The notes beneath the pieces were generated by a model. It was not told the origin of the DNA. It ran no database searches and saw only the letters and a program-made list of their open reading frames with translations. From a phage, in NCBI GenBank assembly GCA_012401045.1, contig GCA_012401045.1_4704.2: DNA of 64,000 bases; one strand, written 5' to 3'. The first letter of the stretch is position 1, and each line of letters begins with the position of its first letter. Below, piece by piece: positions 9,859 through 19,778 of the stretch. Made by a program: the position numbers and the translations under genes.

Positions 9859-9910
9859 GATAACAGTAACCGCTGTTATCACCTAGGTAATGTAGTCGCG
9901 AAATAAACTG
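9859..9910 (-). promoter_or_regulatory. conserved ~30-nt promoter-like motif (ATCACCTAGGTAATGTAGTCGCGAAATAAACTG) with adjacent palindrome GATAACAG-N6-CTGTTATC
   Basis: Near-identical copy at ~47084-47135 and partial copy at ~1696-1715, each upstream of a minus-strand gene start and downstream of a family hairpin. Confidence 0.4.
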
Positions 9911-9930
9911 GAGTAATGCGAAATAAGACA

Positions 9931-9975
9931 GCATAAGCCCTCTCCCAACCCGTAAGGGAAGGGAGAGGGAATATT
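9931..9975 (-). terminator. hairpin of the GCATA-CCCTCTCCC...GGGAGAGGG family
   Basis: Abuts stop of 9974..11341. Confidence 0.55.
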
Positions 9976-11341
9976 AAACGGTTGGACGAACGGTGTTGTC
10001 TTTTTCTGGTGCAAGCCATAACGTGACCGTACCATGGCATGTCCACTGTGGTTCACGTACAGAAGAACCTGCCATTGTAACAGCGCAATCGGTACGCATG
10101 ATAACCCCGTATGCTTCGCAGAGATTGTTATCTTGCATCCACACAACTTTAGCAGGCATGCCGGGATACAACATATCCATGTTTGCGTATTCCCACACCA
10201 ACTGCATTGTTCTACCGCGTAATCCAGCAGTATTACTTAATTCACGCCATCGGTTATCGGTTACGCGTCCCATCCCTTTCGCCACCTTCACGTTATCGCT
10301 ACGTTCTTCAGTTACGTACTCGCTAACGTTTACGGTACGACTGATTATCGTATCACCCCCTTTTGATAACGTCATTCCCTGACTCATCTGACTTGCCGAA
10401 ACAAAACGCCCACCCGCATTACCTAACAACGAAGCCGCGTTATTGATGTCGCTTACCGACGCCCCTCTCGTACATGCAATTTCCACGTATTTGTCACGAT
10501 TGATCCAGGTCTTGTCCATGCCCGGAAACATGTCGGCAGGATAGTTGTAAAAGATAGCCGTGCGCCGACCGTCAGAGAAACGGGTTTCGTCGTAGAGAGG
10601 ATAAATATACAGATACGGAGATTGATAATAACAACCGACATCCGCTGAATAAATACCGACCTGGTTCTGGATTTTGTCTACGAGATCCATTGCGTTGGTG
10701 CCGTGCGGAAGAATAAGCAACTTGAACAGGTTGTCGTTATTCGGTGCAACAATATCCACGCCCTGCATTTTGAACCCGGTGTCGGCTTCAACCGCAGAAA
10801 GTATCTTGCTGAATTCGAGCCGTAACACATCCAGCACTTTCGACCCGGTATAGTTTTCACCGGTTTCTGATTGCATGAAGCTTTCAAGAACAGGATCGAA
10901 CAGTTGAAATTGAAGATCGACCATTTGTTCGTAGTCTTTCTTCGAAGAATCGGTTGCGGTACGTTCGTCGTTAGCAGACATACGACTGTCTACGGTTGTT
11001 AAACAAACCGCTCGGTAGACGTAAGCTTGTGCGGCATCGTCTACGGTTTGGCGTTGTCCGCGCATCAGGCTGTACGCCTGCACGATGATGCGCATTTTAA
11101 GTTGTTGTTGGTACGGTAGAATGTATTTTCCGTAACTGCCGGGCGGGAACTTTACAGAGATATAGAGTTCATCTCCAGCGTTACGTTCATAGTCTCGATA
11201 CGTGTGGACTTGAGTCACTAAAGGAACAGACACCGTCATTGACGGCGTGATTAATTCCGCGGTGACTTTATACGCAACAGCAACTGCTTCCTGCGCAAAT
11301 GTACCGATATACCGTCCTAACGGCGTCTGTTTGTAATCCAT
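9974..11341 (-). CDS. hypothetical protein (455 aa), likely virion-associated
   Basis: Long ORF, stop abuts hairpin terminator; translationally coupled to upstream gene. Confidence 0.7.
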   Translation of the reverse strand: MDYKQTPLGRYIGTFAQEAVAVAYKVTAELITPSMTVSVPLVTQVHTYRDYERNAGDELYISVKFPPGSYGKYILPYQQQLKMRIIVQAYSLMRGQRQTVDDAAQAYVYRAVCLTTVDSRMSANDERTATDSSKKDYEQMVDLQFQLFDPVLESFMQSETGENYTGSKVLDVLRLEFSKILSAVEADTGFKMQGVDIVAPNNDNLFKLLILPHGTNAMDLVDKIQNQVGIYSADVGCYYQSPYLYIYPLYDETRFSDGRRTAIFYNYPADMFPGMDKTWINRDKYVEIACTRGASVSDINNAASLLGNAGGRFVSASQMSQGMTLSKGGDTIISRTVNVSEYVTEERSDNVKVAKGMGRVTDNRWRELSNTAGLRGRTMQLVWEYANMDMLYPGMPAKVVWMQDNNLCEAYGVIMRTDCAVTMAGSSVREPQWTCHGTVTLWLAPEKDNTVRPTV

Positions 11342-11343
11342 GT

Positions 11344-11949
11344 TTAACGACCCCGTTGCTGTTGTTGAATGATGAATTCTTCGATCTTCGTACCACGGAA
11401 TTCGCTGTGACGAACCGCTTGCAGTTGCTCTTCAACGGTTGGGCCTGCATTGAGACCACCACGACGTGCGCGGTTGATGCCGATTTTACGGCGCTGACCG
11501 ATTTCACGTAAACGTGAAGATAATCCGCTCATTTCGGTTGGGTCTTTAATGCGACCGCGTGCAACGTTCCACAGACCACCCATGAACTCTTCGAGAATAC
11601 GACTGGCTTCGAGAGACGGTACGCGTGCGTTAGGATCGTTTTCGAGATTGTATTTAACGTATTCCGTGTGTTCCAGAAGAAGCATGAACATCTTCATGGC
11701 GTTCACGTCAGGATTTGCAATACGCATAGGAACACCACGAGAATGTTTTTCAGCAGCCTGCGGTACGGTAAGCTGTGCGGGCACCTCTTCGTTCATGGCC
11801 ATATCGTCGATTTCTGCAACCCCTGAAGAGTAGACGCCGCTGACCTCATTGGTGTAATTGTCCACCATGAATTTACGGGGAATCCAGAATTCGAATTTAC
11901 GTTCAAATAGACGTTTGGTTGGGGTATCTTTAACGTGTTGTAGACTCAT
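11344..11949 (-). CDS. hypothetical protein (201 aa)
   Basis: ATG start overlaps upstream stop (ATGA-type coupling). Confidence 0.7.
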   Translation of the reverse strand: MSLQHVKDTPTKRLFERKFEFWIPRKFMVDNYTNEVSGVYSSGVAEIDDMAMNEEVPAQLTVPQAAEKHSRGVPMRIANPDVNAMKMFMLLLEHTEYVKYNLENDPNARVPSLEASRILEEFMGGLWNVARGRIKDPTEMSGLSSRLREIGQRRKIGINRARRGGLNAGPTVEEQLQAVRHSEFRGTKIEEFIIQQQQRGR

Positions 11950-13262
11950 GGTTCAATAGCTCCTGCTCGTAACAGCATAATAACGAACGGTGTGAAATAA
12001 TAACGATCCAGCGGAGAAAGCAACGGTATTGCGTCAACCATCTGTTTCAGTGCCGGATGGCTGATCGCTTTCTCATCGACCATATCACGTACCATACTCT
12101 CAATAATCGTCATTGGGGCTTGGTTGCGGTAGAAAGCCTCTGTGAAAACATAGTACGGATCGTCTGCTACCGATGGAAACAACGGAACGCCGTCATACTC
12201 CATCGATGTAAGGTTGGTCACCAACGGATTTGTCGGTGGTGTGTTTTCAGGTACAGCCAACTCTTTACCGACGTCTTCACCGAGCGACGTGGTCGCAGGC
12301 CACATACAGAATCGCGCCCCGCTAAAACGAATCCCACCTGCAGCCGGGTACTGATAGAAACGCTTTGTTGACAACAGTGTGAATTTCACCGTCAACCGCG
12401 CCTCGTCTTCCCGACGTCCGTCCATTACCCATTCAAAGACAGAAATCGCATTCGCTTCCTGGCTGTCGTCTACGTTAAGACGTCCGAAGTTCCATGAAGG
12501 TTTTCCTTCAAGCGACGACCATAATTTCGTAAACGCGTTAACACACCAGGGATCGTAGGTTGCCGCATCCTGACCAGGAACAAGTAGTGTGTTTAATTCA
12601 CGGCTGTAAAATTCGTGGTAATACGCATGACAAAGTCCCAGCGCACGACGGAGATAATCATACTTACGATTGTATTTCTCCGTTGCCATTACGGGATGTT
12701 TTCCGTGCTTCAACTGGTCTTGGTCGTACAGTGTATCCTCAACGATTTTCGCTTCCAGTTCGATAAGCTGTTTTTCGTCAAGAATACGCTGGAAGGAAAT
12801 ATCGCATTCGTAAGCCGGTGCTAAGCTAATGTTCTTCGGCGTGATTCGGGTGATCGTGTACACCGCGATACGATGATCGAGACCGGAGATTAACAGCATG
12901 TTACCTAAAAGAGGAACCGATACCGCCGGAAGTATACACGTACCCTCGGATTGAAAACGTGCGGTCCCGTTGTCGTACGATGGCGTCAATGACGACATTA
13001 ACTTGATAGGGTAATGTCTGATGCGACGGTACTGCTGTTCAGCGATATCGCGGTTAGCTTGAAAACTGCTTTGTTCATCATCGCGACCGAGAATCTGTTC
13101 GTAATAATCACATTCTACGGAATAACCGGATGCGTAATTCACTAACCCGATTTGACTATTGTATTGCTCATCCACCACCGCAGAACGATAAACATCGTCG
13201 CGAGCCTTCGCGGGTTGTTGGGGGTTGATGATGGGTTTCGCGGGCTTCTTAGCGAGCGCCAT
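11946..13262 (-). CDS. hypothetical protein (438 aa)
   Basis: Long ORF, overlaps neighbours by a few nt (operon-like packing). Confidence 0.7.
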   Translation of the reverse strand: MALAKKPAKPIINPQQPAKARDDVYRSAVVDEQYNSQIGLVNYASGYSVECDYYEQILGRDDEQSSFQANRDIAEQQYRRIRHYPIKLMSSLTPSYDNGTARFQSEGTCILPAVSVPLLGNMLLISGLDHRIAVYTITRITPKNISLAPAYECDISFQRILDEKQLIELEAKIVEDTLYDQDQLKHGKHPVMATEKYNRKYDYLRRALGLCHAYYHEFYSRELNTLLVPGQDAATYDPWCVNAFTKLWSSLEGKPSWNFGRLNVDDSQEANAISVFEWVMDGRREDEARLTVKFTLLSTKRFYQYPAAGGIRFSGARFCMWPATTSLGEDVGKELAVPENTPPTNPLVTNLTSMEYDGVPLFPSVADDPYYVFTEAFYRNQAPMTIIESMVRDMVDEKAISHPALKQMVDAIPLLSPLDRYYFTPFVIMLLRAGAIEP

Positions 13263-14814
13263 AGCGTTTCACTCCTACGATGGTACCGACAAGAATTCTC
13301 GGTACGAATAAACTACGATGTTTGAACCATGAAGCGGTTGTTGGGATACGTTTGATGGCTTCGATAAGCCCGATTAGCGTATAGCATCCCCGACTGTTCT
13401 TCTTAGGCCAGTACTTTTTATCTAGACCTAATACTGCAAACAGCTCATCCACCAGATTGGGATAACAACACAATGCTTCAAGTGTTTCAACCTGTAACTG
13501 ACTTAAATCTAACAGTATCGCTAGACGAACGTGGTAATCACTCCGTAAGTCTAACGGATCTTTCGCTTCAAGATCACCAACGTCGGTTAATGTCCACGCG
13601 TCTCTTGCGTAGCGGTATTTACCCTTCCAAACCTCAAGGAAAAAAGGAGATTGGTAATGACATTTTGACCATTCTGGGTACTCACGGAACCACCGAACAA
13701 GATCGGGATGGAATTCACCTTCTTCGGCTAACGAGTCCAACGTCACCAACAGGTTAGGTTGTTCAGGATCGATGGCAAGCAGCGCGGTGAAAAGCGTGCT
13801 TGATGGAAGTTCGGTTTCCACACTTGATGGCGGTAGCCATTCATCCAGATCAGGATACCGATACGCTTGAATCGACTCACCCTGCTCGGGCAAGAACGAA
13901 TCACGAAGAATGTCCTGATACTGCACCACCATACCACCACGACGCGCACGGGATTTATCGCGCACCGAGAGGCTCGGTTTGTAAAGGTACTCTTCGGGGA
14001 GTATCTGTTGGTGTACTTGAACAGGATACCGTGCTACGATATGTGTTGGCGTGTCGTACGTGTAACGGTAAGAGAAGGTTGCGTTGTACGAAGAACTGTT
14101 CTCATTCTTCTCTGGCTTCGGAGCGTCGGTGAAATCAAATTGACCAGAGATCTCTTCTTGCATTTCCCTGATAACCAATTTAACGCTCTTACCGTCACCG
14201 GCAACTGTCGTCATGGTGGTTGCGCGGTTGTCGAACCCGTCTCTAAGGTATTCGCTGAACTTATCCCCGTAACCCGCTATTGCTTCCCGGTGTGTATGAA
14301 TAACTTTTAACAACATGAGAAACTGTGTTGGGATCGCATAGCTGTATTCGGCGCTAAGGAAGGCAGCGACATGCTGACTTGTGAGCAACCGTTTCATGTC
14401 GTACCACCAACGTTCGGCAGTGACCTGATCTTCGAACCGTTTGGTGATCTGCATGGTTGCAACCATCGTACTGTAAACAGGTACTAACGATACGCCAAGG
14501 TTACGGTCTTCAAATACGGGAAGACTGTTTCGTTTGTAAACGGTATCGTACATAGAGGCCTGTTCTTCAGGGACAATGTTAAGCTCAATTTGGATAAACC
14601 CGTCAGCAGGCCCCTTTACATCCTGATCAACAACTTGCGGCGGTTGCTCGTTCGCAGCACTCATTTTAGCGTGAAGAGCTTCCCCTCGAAAAAGAATGTT
14701 CTCCCGACTATAATCCCACCCGCAAAGCTCGCTGATCTGCCGTAACACCGCGATTGCAACCGGACGTGTTACCGTCGCGTATACGTCATTGATTTTTCGA
14801 TCAAGTTTAGGCAT
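13249..14814 (-). CDS. hypothetical protein (~521 aa)
   Basis: Track ORF starts at GTG (14841); first ATG is codon 10 with GAGGA RBS 8 nt upstream. Confidence 0.7.
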   Translation of the reverse strand: MPKLDRKINDVYATVTRPVAIAVLRQISELCGWDYSRENILFRGEALHAKMSAANEQPPQVVDQDVKGPADGFIQIELNIVPEEQASMYDTVYKRNSLPVFEDRNLGVSLVPVYSTMVATMQITKRFEDQVTAERWWYDMKRLLTSQHVAAFLSAEYSYAIPTQFLMLLKVIHTHREAIAGYGDKFSEYLRDGFDNRATTMTTVAGDGKSVKLVIREMQEEISGQFDFTDAPKPEKNENSSSYNATFSYRYTYDTPTHIVARYPVQVHQQILPEEYLYKPSLSVRDKSRARRGGMVVQYQDILRDSFLPEQGESIQAYRYPDLDEWLPPSSVETELPSSTLFTALLAIDPEQPNLLVTLDSLAEEGEFHPDLVRWFREYPEWSKCHYQSPFFLEVWKGKYRYARDAWTLTDVGDLEAKDPLDLRSDYHVRLAILLDLSQLQVETLEALCCYPNLVDELFAVLGLDKKYWPKKNSRGCYTLIGLIEAIKRIPTTASWFKHRSLFVPRILVGTIVGVKRYGAR

Positions 14815-15190
14815 CGATGTCGTCCTCGCTAATTTCCTCACCTCCTTGTTGTCGATATCCGGTATAATGAATCAGACTGCTCTGTAGAAGCTCTTTAACG
14901 AGCCCTAGACGCGTTTTATCTGTTTCATTGGACGTTTCCATTAATGTTTCTATTTCGTTGTTTAAAACAGCGTATAGCGCTTCTAACGGCAATCCTTGGA
15001 TGATTGGTTTGATGGTACCTTCCGGTAGTGCCGCAACAGGAATCTGCACGACGGTTTCGTGTGCGGTATGTGGGTTAATACGGCAAATATACATACCGGG
15101 TACTGAATGTCGCGGGCACGCCGCTACCAAGCATGTCTGTTGCTGCGCACCGTTAAGTGCGAGTGAAAGAAATTTTGCTTCACGTGTCAT
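14807..15190 (-). CDS. hypothetical protein (127 aa)
   Basis: ATG start, weak RBS; fits gap between larger genes. Confidence 0.55.
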   Translation of the reverse strand: MTREAKFLSLALNGAQQQTCLVAACPRHSVPGMYICRINPHTAHETVVQIPVAALPEGTIKPIIQGLPLEALYAVLNNEIETLMETSNETDKTRLGLVKELLQSSLIHYTGYRQQGGEEISEDDIDA

Positions 15191-15235
15191 CGCAGATTCC
15201 TGTTTGAAAGATAAGATATCACATGATGGTCGACA

Positions 15236-15271
15236 GCATAAAGCCCACCCCGAAGGGCGGGCTGTTTATGC
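15236..15271 (-). terminator. hairpin variant (GCATAA-AGCCCACCC cgaa GGGCGGGCT-GTTTATGC)
   Basis: Immediately downstream of 15279..18656 stop. Confidence 0.5.
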
Positions 15272-15278
15272 GTACGGA

Positions 15279-18200
15279 TTACTTGTAGGCACCGCAATGG
15301 GCTTTGATGAGGAAAAGCACCGCTTGCATCGGTTTATTGAACTGTTGCCATAACGTCAATGCCGGATGGAACAACCAATCTTCCAGGCCGAGAACAATAC
15401 CGTAGTTAACGACATTATTAACATCGTTCTCAACGTTGAGTTCGCTATCCAGGAATTTATCGATTGAACGCAGGGTCTGCATGGCGTTGTCAGCAATAAG
15501 CCAAGCTTCATGTGCTTCACGAGCCGCACGCAGCACTGCCTCCAGTTCGCTGATAGTAGCTACCGGTAATTCCTCACTGGTGAGGTCGTCAGAAACCGTA
15601 AACTGGCGATTGATACCGGTGTAGATCCACTGCATCAGTTTCGCTGCTTCCTCGTTCGGGTTGTTACGCGTTGTCGCATAAGTCGCGCTCACCTTCACGA
15701 TGTGCGTTTCACCAAGATACGCTTTGGACCCAACACCTTTACGATCGCTGTCTTTCCACGGTTGTACGGTAGCGACCATGAGCTTATCCCATTTCTGAAT
15801 AGGAATACGCTTCAGACCAACAACCGATCCAGCGGATGTTTCGGACTGGTTGCTCTTCCGCACGTCGCTGAGCTCACGATCGATCGCAACGATTAATTCA
15901 CGCGTCATGTTACCAAGCATTTTGATTTCACCCAACGCAGCGATGAGCTTCTTCACATCGGTAACAGGTTCACCACCGATGGTAAGATGACGGATGAAAC
16001 GTTTCAGAATAATCCGTTCTGCTGCTGGGTTACCGCGCCGCGCTTTGGCCAACGCTTGCTGTGTTTCGGCGAACAGCTTATCCCATGGAGCCGTAGCGGC
16101 GGTATAGTAACGATGGTTGGTTTCAATCCAGTTACCGATACGGTTGACCGCGGTCTTAACGGTATCCATGAATCCTTCCATCGCAATTTCGGTAGCTTCG
16201 ACGTTACCCTGGAAGTTATCAGGACCGATCTCGCGTGCCGCTACCAGAATACCTTCCACCGCGCTCACCGCGTGGCGACCGATAGCCAGATTTCGCTGCG
16301 CTTCTTCAGCACGCTCAACGAATTCCACCACCGCAGGATCGTCAACGATTTCCACCTCAGCAACAACACGAGTACCAGCATCGCCTTCCAGTGTTTCGAT
16401 GGTGACAACAGGATCGTTTTCACCAGCAACATCCTGGTATTCTTCCTGTTTGAGATCGCCGTTATCAGCCGCTGCGACAGCGGTGAGTATACGAATGGTA
16501 ACATCGCCGAGTTCTTTTGCAGCGAATCCGTAAACGGTGCATGCGGTCGTTGCAAAGTTCATCAGGGTACGTGTGCGCTGCGTGACGTAGCGTGCGCCCG
16601 ATTCGTTTTCCACTTTGTCTAGATCGCGGAGTAACTGCTCAGCCGTCTCCTGAAGTTGAGTAGCTGCTTTCAGGAGGTCTTCGTCAAACAGTTTTGTTGA
16701 TGCATCGATCAGCATTTCAACGCTAACGTTGGGCGGTACAGCATCATCCTGCTGTTTCATGGCGCTAAGTTCGTAACGGAACTCACGAATGCCGTTTAAC
16801 GCGTCGTCGATAGAATATCCGAACGCTTTCACGCCCGCCATTCCAAGAGCTGCTTTCATTTCAGCTGGATGCTGAACTTGCTCGCCTTCCTTGCTGTTCT
16901 TTAACTCATCGAAATATTTCTTCGACGCGTCCGCAATACGTTTACTGTCTTTAACCGCATTTACGATCTTATCGACAGATTTCGAGTCGTTTGCGAGCAG
17001 CGTATCCAGTTTATTCCACTCAACGTCAACCTTCTTGGTGTCGCTCGGCGGAGGAAGCAGTTTCATCACTGGTGCTGTGCGTTGTTCTTTGGTCAGCTTG
17101 TTGGCCTTCTCTTCGATTTTTTTCTTATTAACACCAAAGAGATTTTTCAAACGCGCCACGAGGGCTTTTAAGAACTTCGCGACCGCTTCGTAAACCGATT
17201 TCAGAATCTGTTTAAAGCGACCCGGCTGCTTTTCCCCGTCTTCCAGATTGAGATCGCTGTTCAGTGCGACATCAAGCTGTTTGTACGATTCCATGATGTA
17301 TTCGTCTTTGATTTCAGGACGAATCTCGAAGCTTTCCATCGGACCTTCAGCCGGACGGAATTCCATTTTCAGTTCGCCTTGCAGGGTAGGGTCGACAATG
17401 GCGATCGCTTCACCCTGACCATCAGCGTTAAAGCGTTCAGCGTAACGAGTACGGCGAACAATAACACTCTTACCCCCGTCAAGACGACGTACCACCATGG
17501 TGCCAGGAATGTACGGTTGTTCTGTTTCAATGACGGTTACATCTGTTTCACCCTCACCGAGAATAACAGATGCACGCTGTTCAACAACAGGAACATCTAA
17601 TACACCACGGGCTTCCAGCTCTTGATGAATTTCGAACGACTCTTGTTTCAGATCTTCATCTTCTTCGTTTTCGTCGTCTTCATCATCGCCACCTTTGGTG
17701 TTTTCATCACCCTTGGTGGTTGTGTCGTCGGTGGCACCAGCGTCAGCGTCGGTGTTAGCAGGTTCTTCGGACGCAGGTTCGGTGGTGTTGTCCTCCGTGG
17801 ACGACCCGTCAGTGTTATCGACATCAACATCACCTTGCAGTTCTGTTTCCTGAGCAACTGCTTCGGCTTTCTGCTCGCCGGTATTGCCGTCATTAGCGTC
17901 AACGACAGGTTGTTCGTCAGCGACGGTATCTTCAACCTTTTCTACTTTCTCCACGACACGTTTAATCACGGTGACTTTGATGGGTTCTTCCGTCGTTTTG
18001 GTTTCTGGCGTCGCCTCGGCTACCTCAGCTGCTGTTTCAGCAACAGGTTCTGCTTTTTCCGGTTCGACGACATTGCCTTTAACACCTTCGGTGGTTTCTG
18101 CAGGTTGCGTCGCCTGTTCGATTTGTGCCGGATTGGTTGGATCGATGGCGTTAGCCGCATCCTGAATCTTGTTCTTCAGGTTGTCGCGGTCAGCGTTAAC

Positions 18201-18656
18201 GGTCGGGTCGTTGGTCACTTTCGGTGCCGGTGTTTCGGTCGGTGCGTTTGCCGGATACGGGTTCTTCGGCTCTTCGCCAGGTGCGGTCGGTACCGCGATC
18301 AGAACGAACGGTTGAACATCGTTACCGTCTTCCATGGTTACGCCACCGTTGCTCGGTGTGAAACGAATTCGTAAACTACCATCAATAGGACGGGTCACAA
18401 TAACAGCACGTACGACATCCTCACCGTTCTCATCCGTGCTACGAATCACACGAACAGCGTCATCAACGGTAGCCCCTTCCTCGAGCGTATCTGATTCGAT
18501 CGTCGCTTCGATGCTGTCTGGCCGTGCCGCTGTAGGTAATGCGATCACTTGCTCTTCTTTATCAGTAGAAAGCGTTGCTTTGACTTCGATAGGTGTATCG
18601 CCGCTTTCCAGGTTAAGATGCGACTTACGCATCAGATCAGCTAACGATTTTTTCAT
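15279..18656 (-). CDS. large virion-type protein (1125 aa) with long acidic, Thr/Glu/Asp-rich low-complexity N-terminal region
   Basis: AAGAGGA RBS; hairpin terminator just downstream of stop; low-complexity acidic region of ~300 aa. Confidence 0.75.
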   Translation of the reverse strand: MKKSLADLMRKSHLNLESGDTPIEVKATLSTDKEEQVIALPTAARPDSIEATIESDTLEEGATVDDAVRVIRSTDENGEDVVRAVIVTRPIDGSLRIRFTPSNGGVTMEDGNDVQPFVLIAVPTAPGEEPKNPYPANAPTETPAPKVTNDPTVNADRDNLKNKIQDAANAIDPTNPAQIEQATQPAETTEGVKGNVVEPEKAEPVAETAAEVAEATPETKTTEEPIKVTVIKRVVEKVEKVEDTVADEQPVVDANDGNTGEQKAEAVAQETELQGDVDVDNTDGSSTEDNTTEPASEEPANTDADAGATDDTTTKGDENTKGGDDEDDENEEDEDLKQESFEIHQELEARGVLDVPVVEQRASVILGEGETDVTVIETEQPYIPGTMVVRRLDGGKSVIVRRTRYAERFNADGQGEAIAIVDPTLQGELKMEFRPAEGPMESFEIRPEIKDEYIMESYKQLDVALNSDLNLEDGEKQPGRFKQILKSVYEAVAKFLKALVARLKNLFGVNKKKIEEKANKLTKEQRTAPVMKLLPPPSDTKKVDVEWNKLDTLLANDSKSVDKIVNAVKDSKRIADASKKYFDELKNSKEGEQVQHPAEMKAALGMAGVKAFGYSIDDALNGIREFRYELSAMKQQDDAVPPNVSVEMLIDASTKLFDEDLLKAATQLQETAEQLLRDLDKVENESGARYVTQRTRTLMNFATTACTVYGFAAKELGDVTIRILTAVAAADNGDLKQEEYQDVAGENDPVVTIETLEGDAGTRVVAEVEIVDDPAVVEFVERAEEAQRNLAIGRHAVSAVEGILVAAREIGPDNFQGNVEATEIAMEGFMDTVKTAVNRIGNWIETNHRYYTAATAPWDKLFAETQQALAKARRGNPAAERIILKRFIRHLTIGGEPVTDVKKLIAALGEIKMLGNMTRELIVAIDRELSDVRKSNQSETSAGSVVGLKRIPIQKWDKLMVATVQPWKDSDRKGVGSKAYLGETHIVKVSATYATTRNNPNEEAAKLMQWIYTGINRQFTVSDDLTSEELPVATISELEAVLRAAREAHEAWLIADNAMQTLRSIDKFLDSELNVENDVNNVVNYGIVLGLEDWLFHPALTLWQQFNKPMQAVLFLIKAHCGAYK

Positions 18657-18671
18657 AAAGCGTTATTCCTC

Positions 18672-19778
18672 TTAAAAGTAATATTTCAGCGCCTCGCGAG
18701 AGACATCAAGCATAGCCGCTGTTGAATTCGTAAAGAACTCGGCATAGCCCACAAGCGGCACCTTGATCCACGCGGTATACGCTGTAAGGTATCGAGAAAG
18801 GGCTACCATAGCATCATCAGAAGCAGTAGTAACTGACAACTGACCTTGTTGACGATAAACGTCGTTAAGTTTTGCTTGTAGATTCCCTGCGATTTCGAGT
18901 AACTCGTTGGCGTACTTTTTACGATGGTAACTAACCAGTAAATCAACACCCGTATTTACCGACTCGAGTAGCACACCAACTTGTTCTAATGTTGGCATTG
19001 TAACCACCATATCCCGTTCAACGGACGGTACATCCTGGACTTCAAACCGTGCGGATTGAATAGCGAGGGACTGTTGAATTGAACCAGAACCTGAGGTGGT
19101 AACCTGATCGAGTCGTAGCGTACGGTTACCCAGTAACGTTACATTGACGAGTCTCGATTCGTTCAGCGTACTGTAGACTTTATGCAATAACGTATACGCG
19201 TCACGGTTAATCACATCGATTAATGCGGTATCCGTCTGTTTTAAGATAATGTCGAGCGCTCTATCTAACGTATTAGCGAACTGTTTGAAATCATCACGGA
19301 ACGACGAAGACAAGAGATATTCAGCGATTGCCAAATTCTGTTTGTATAACGTATTCCCAGTTGTGAAGTCGAATCCAAAACTGTTCCCATACCGTAGGTG
19401 CGGTGCCAGCGTTGACGAAGCTTCGAAGCTTTGCGCGATGGGTTTACGACCAACGGCTTTTGTGTAGTGACGGCGGATGTTGCTGAGTTCGAGCTGTAGT
19501 GCGCGACTACGATCGATAAACCGGGCGATAAACGCAGTGATGTTCCGCAACGTTGTCCAGATTGCATCGATGATGGCTTTGATGATTTTCATCGCAAGCT
19601 GATTGTACGATTCCATCGTGAGGAGATCAGCACTTTCCGTGGTATAACTGGTTGTCGGAATACCGCCCGCTTGCTGATAAATGAGCTGGTGAATTTGTCG
19701 TTGCGTTGCTGTCTCTGGCACAGGTAATTTTTTTAACAAGCTTAACGCTTGAATCTGTCCATCATAGGTCTGCAGCAT
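18672..19778 (-). CDS. hypothetical head-associated protein (~368 aa)
   Basis: Track ORF extends to 19820; internal ATG (codon 15) has GAGGA RBS. Amphipathic helix resembles the paralog family below. Confidence 0.65.
   Translation of the reverse strand: MLQTYDGQIQALSLLKKLPVPETATQRQIHQLIYQQAGGIPTTSYTTESADLLTMESYNQLAMKIIKAIIDAIWTTLRNITAFIARFIDRSRALQLELSNIRRHYTKAVGRKPIAQSFEASSTLAPHLRYGNSFGFDFTTGNTLYKQNLAIAEYLLSSSFRDDFKQFANTLDRALDIILKQTDTALIDVINRDAYTLLHKVYSTLNESRLVNVTLLGNRTLRLDQVTTSGSGSIQQSLAIQSARFEVQDVPSVERDMVVTMPTLEQVGVLLESVNTGVDLLVSYHRKKYANELLEIAGNLQAKLNDVYRQQGQLSVTTASDDAMVALSRYLTAYTAWIKVPLVGYAEFFTNSTAAMLDVSREALKYYF

Noticed and set aside
15987-18374. Several plus-strand ORFs (211, 138, 250, 93 aa) antisense to the 1125-aa gene
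   Set aside because: They overlap one long minus-strand ORF that has good start signals. Their Ser/Thr/Val-rich translations are typical of antisense frames of an acidic gene.
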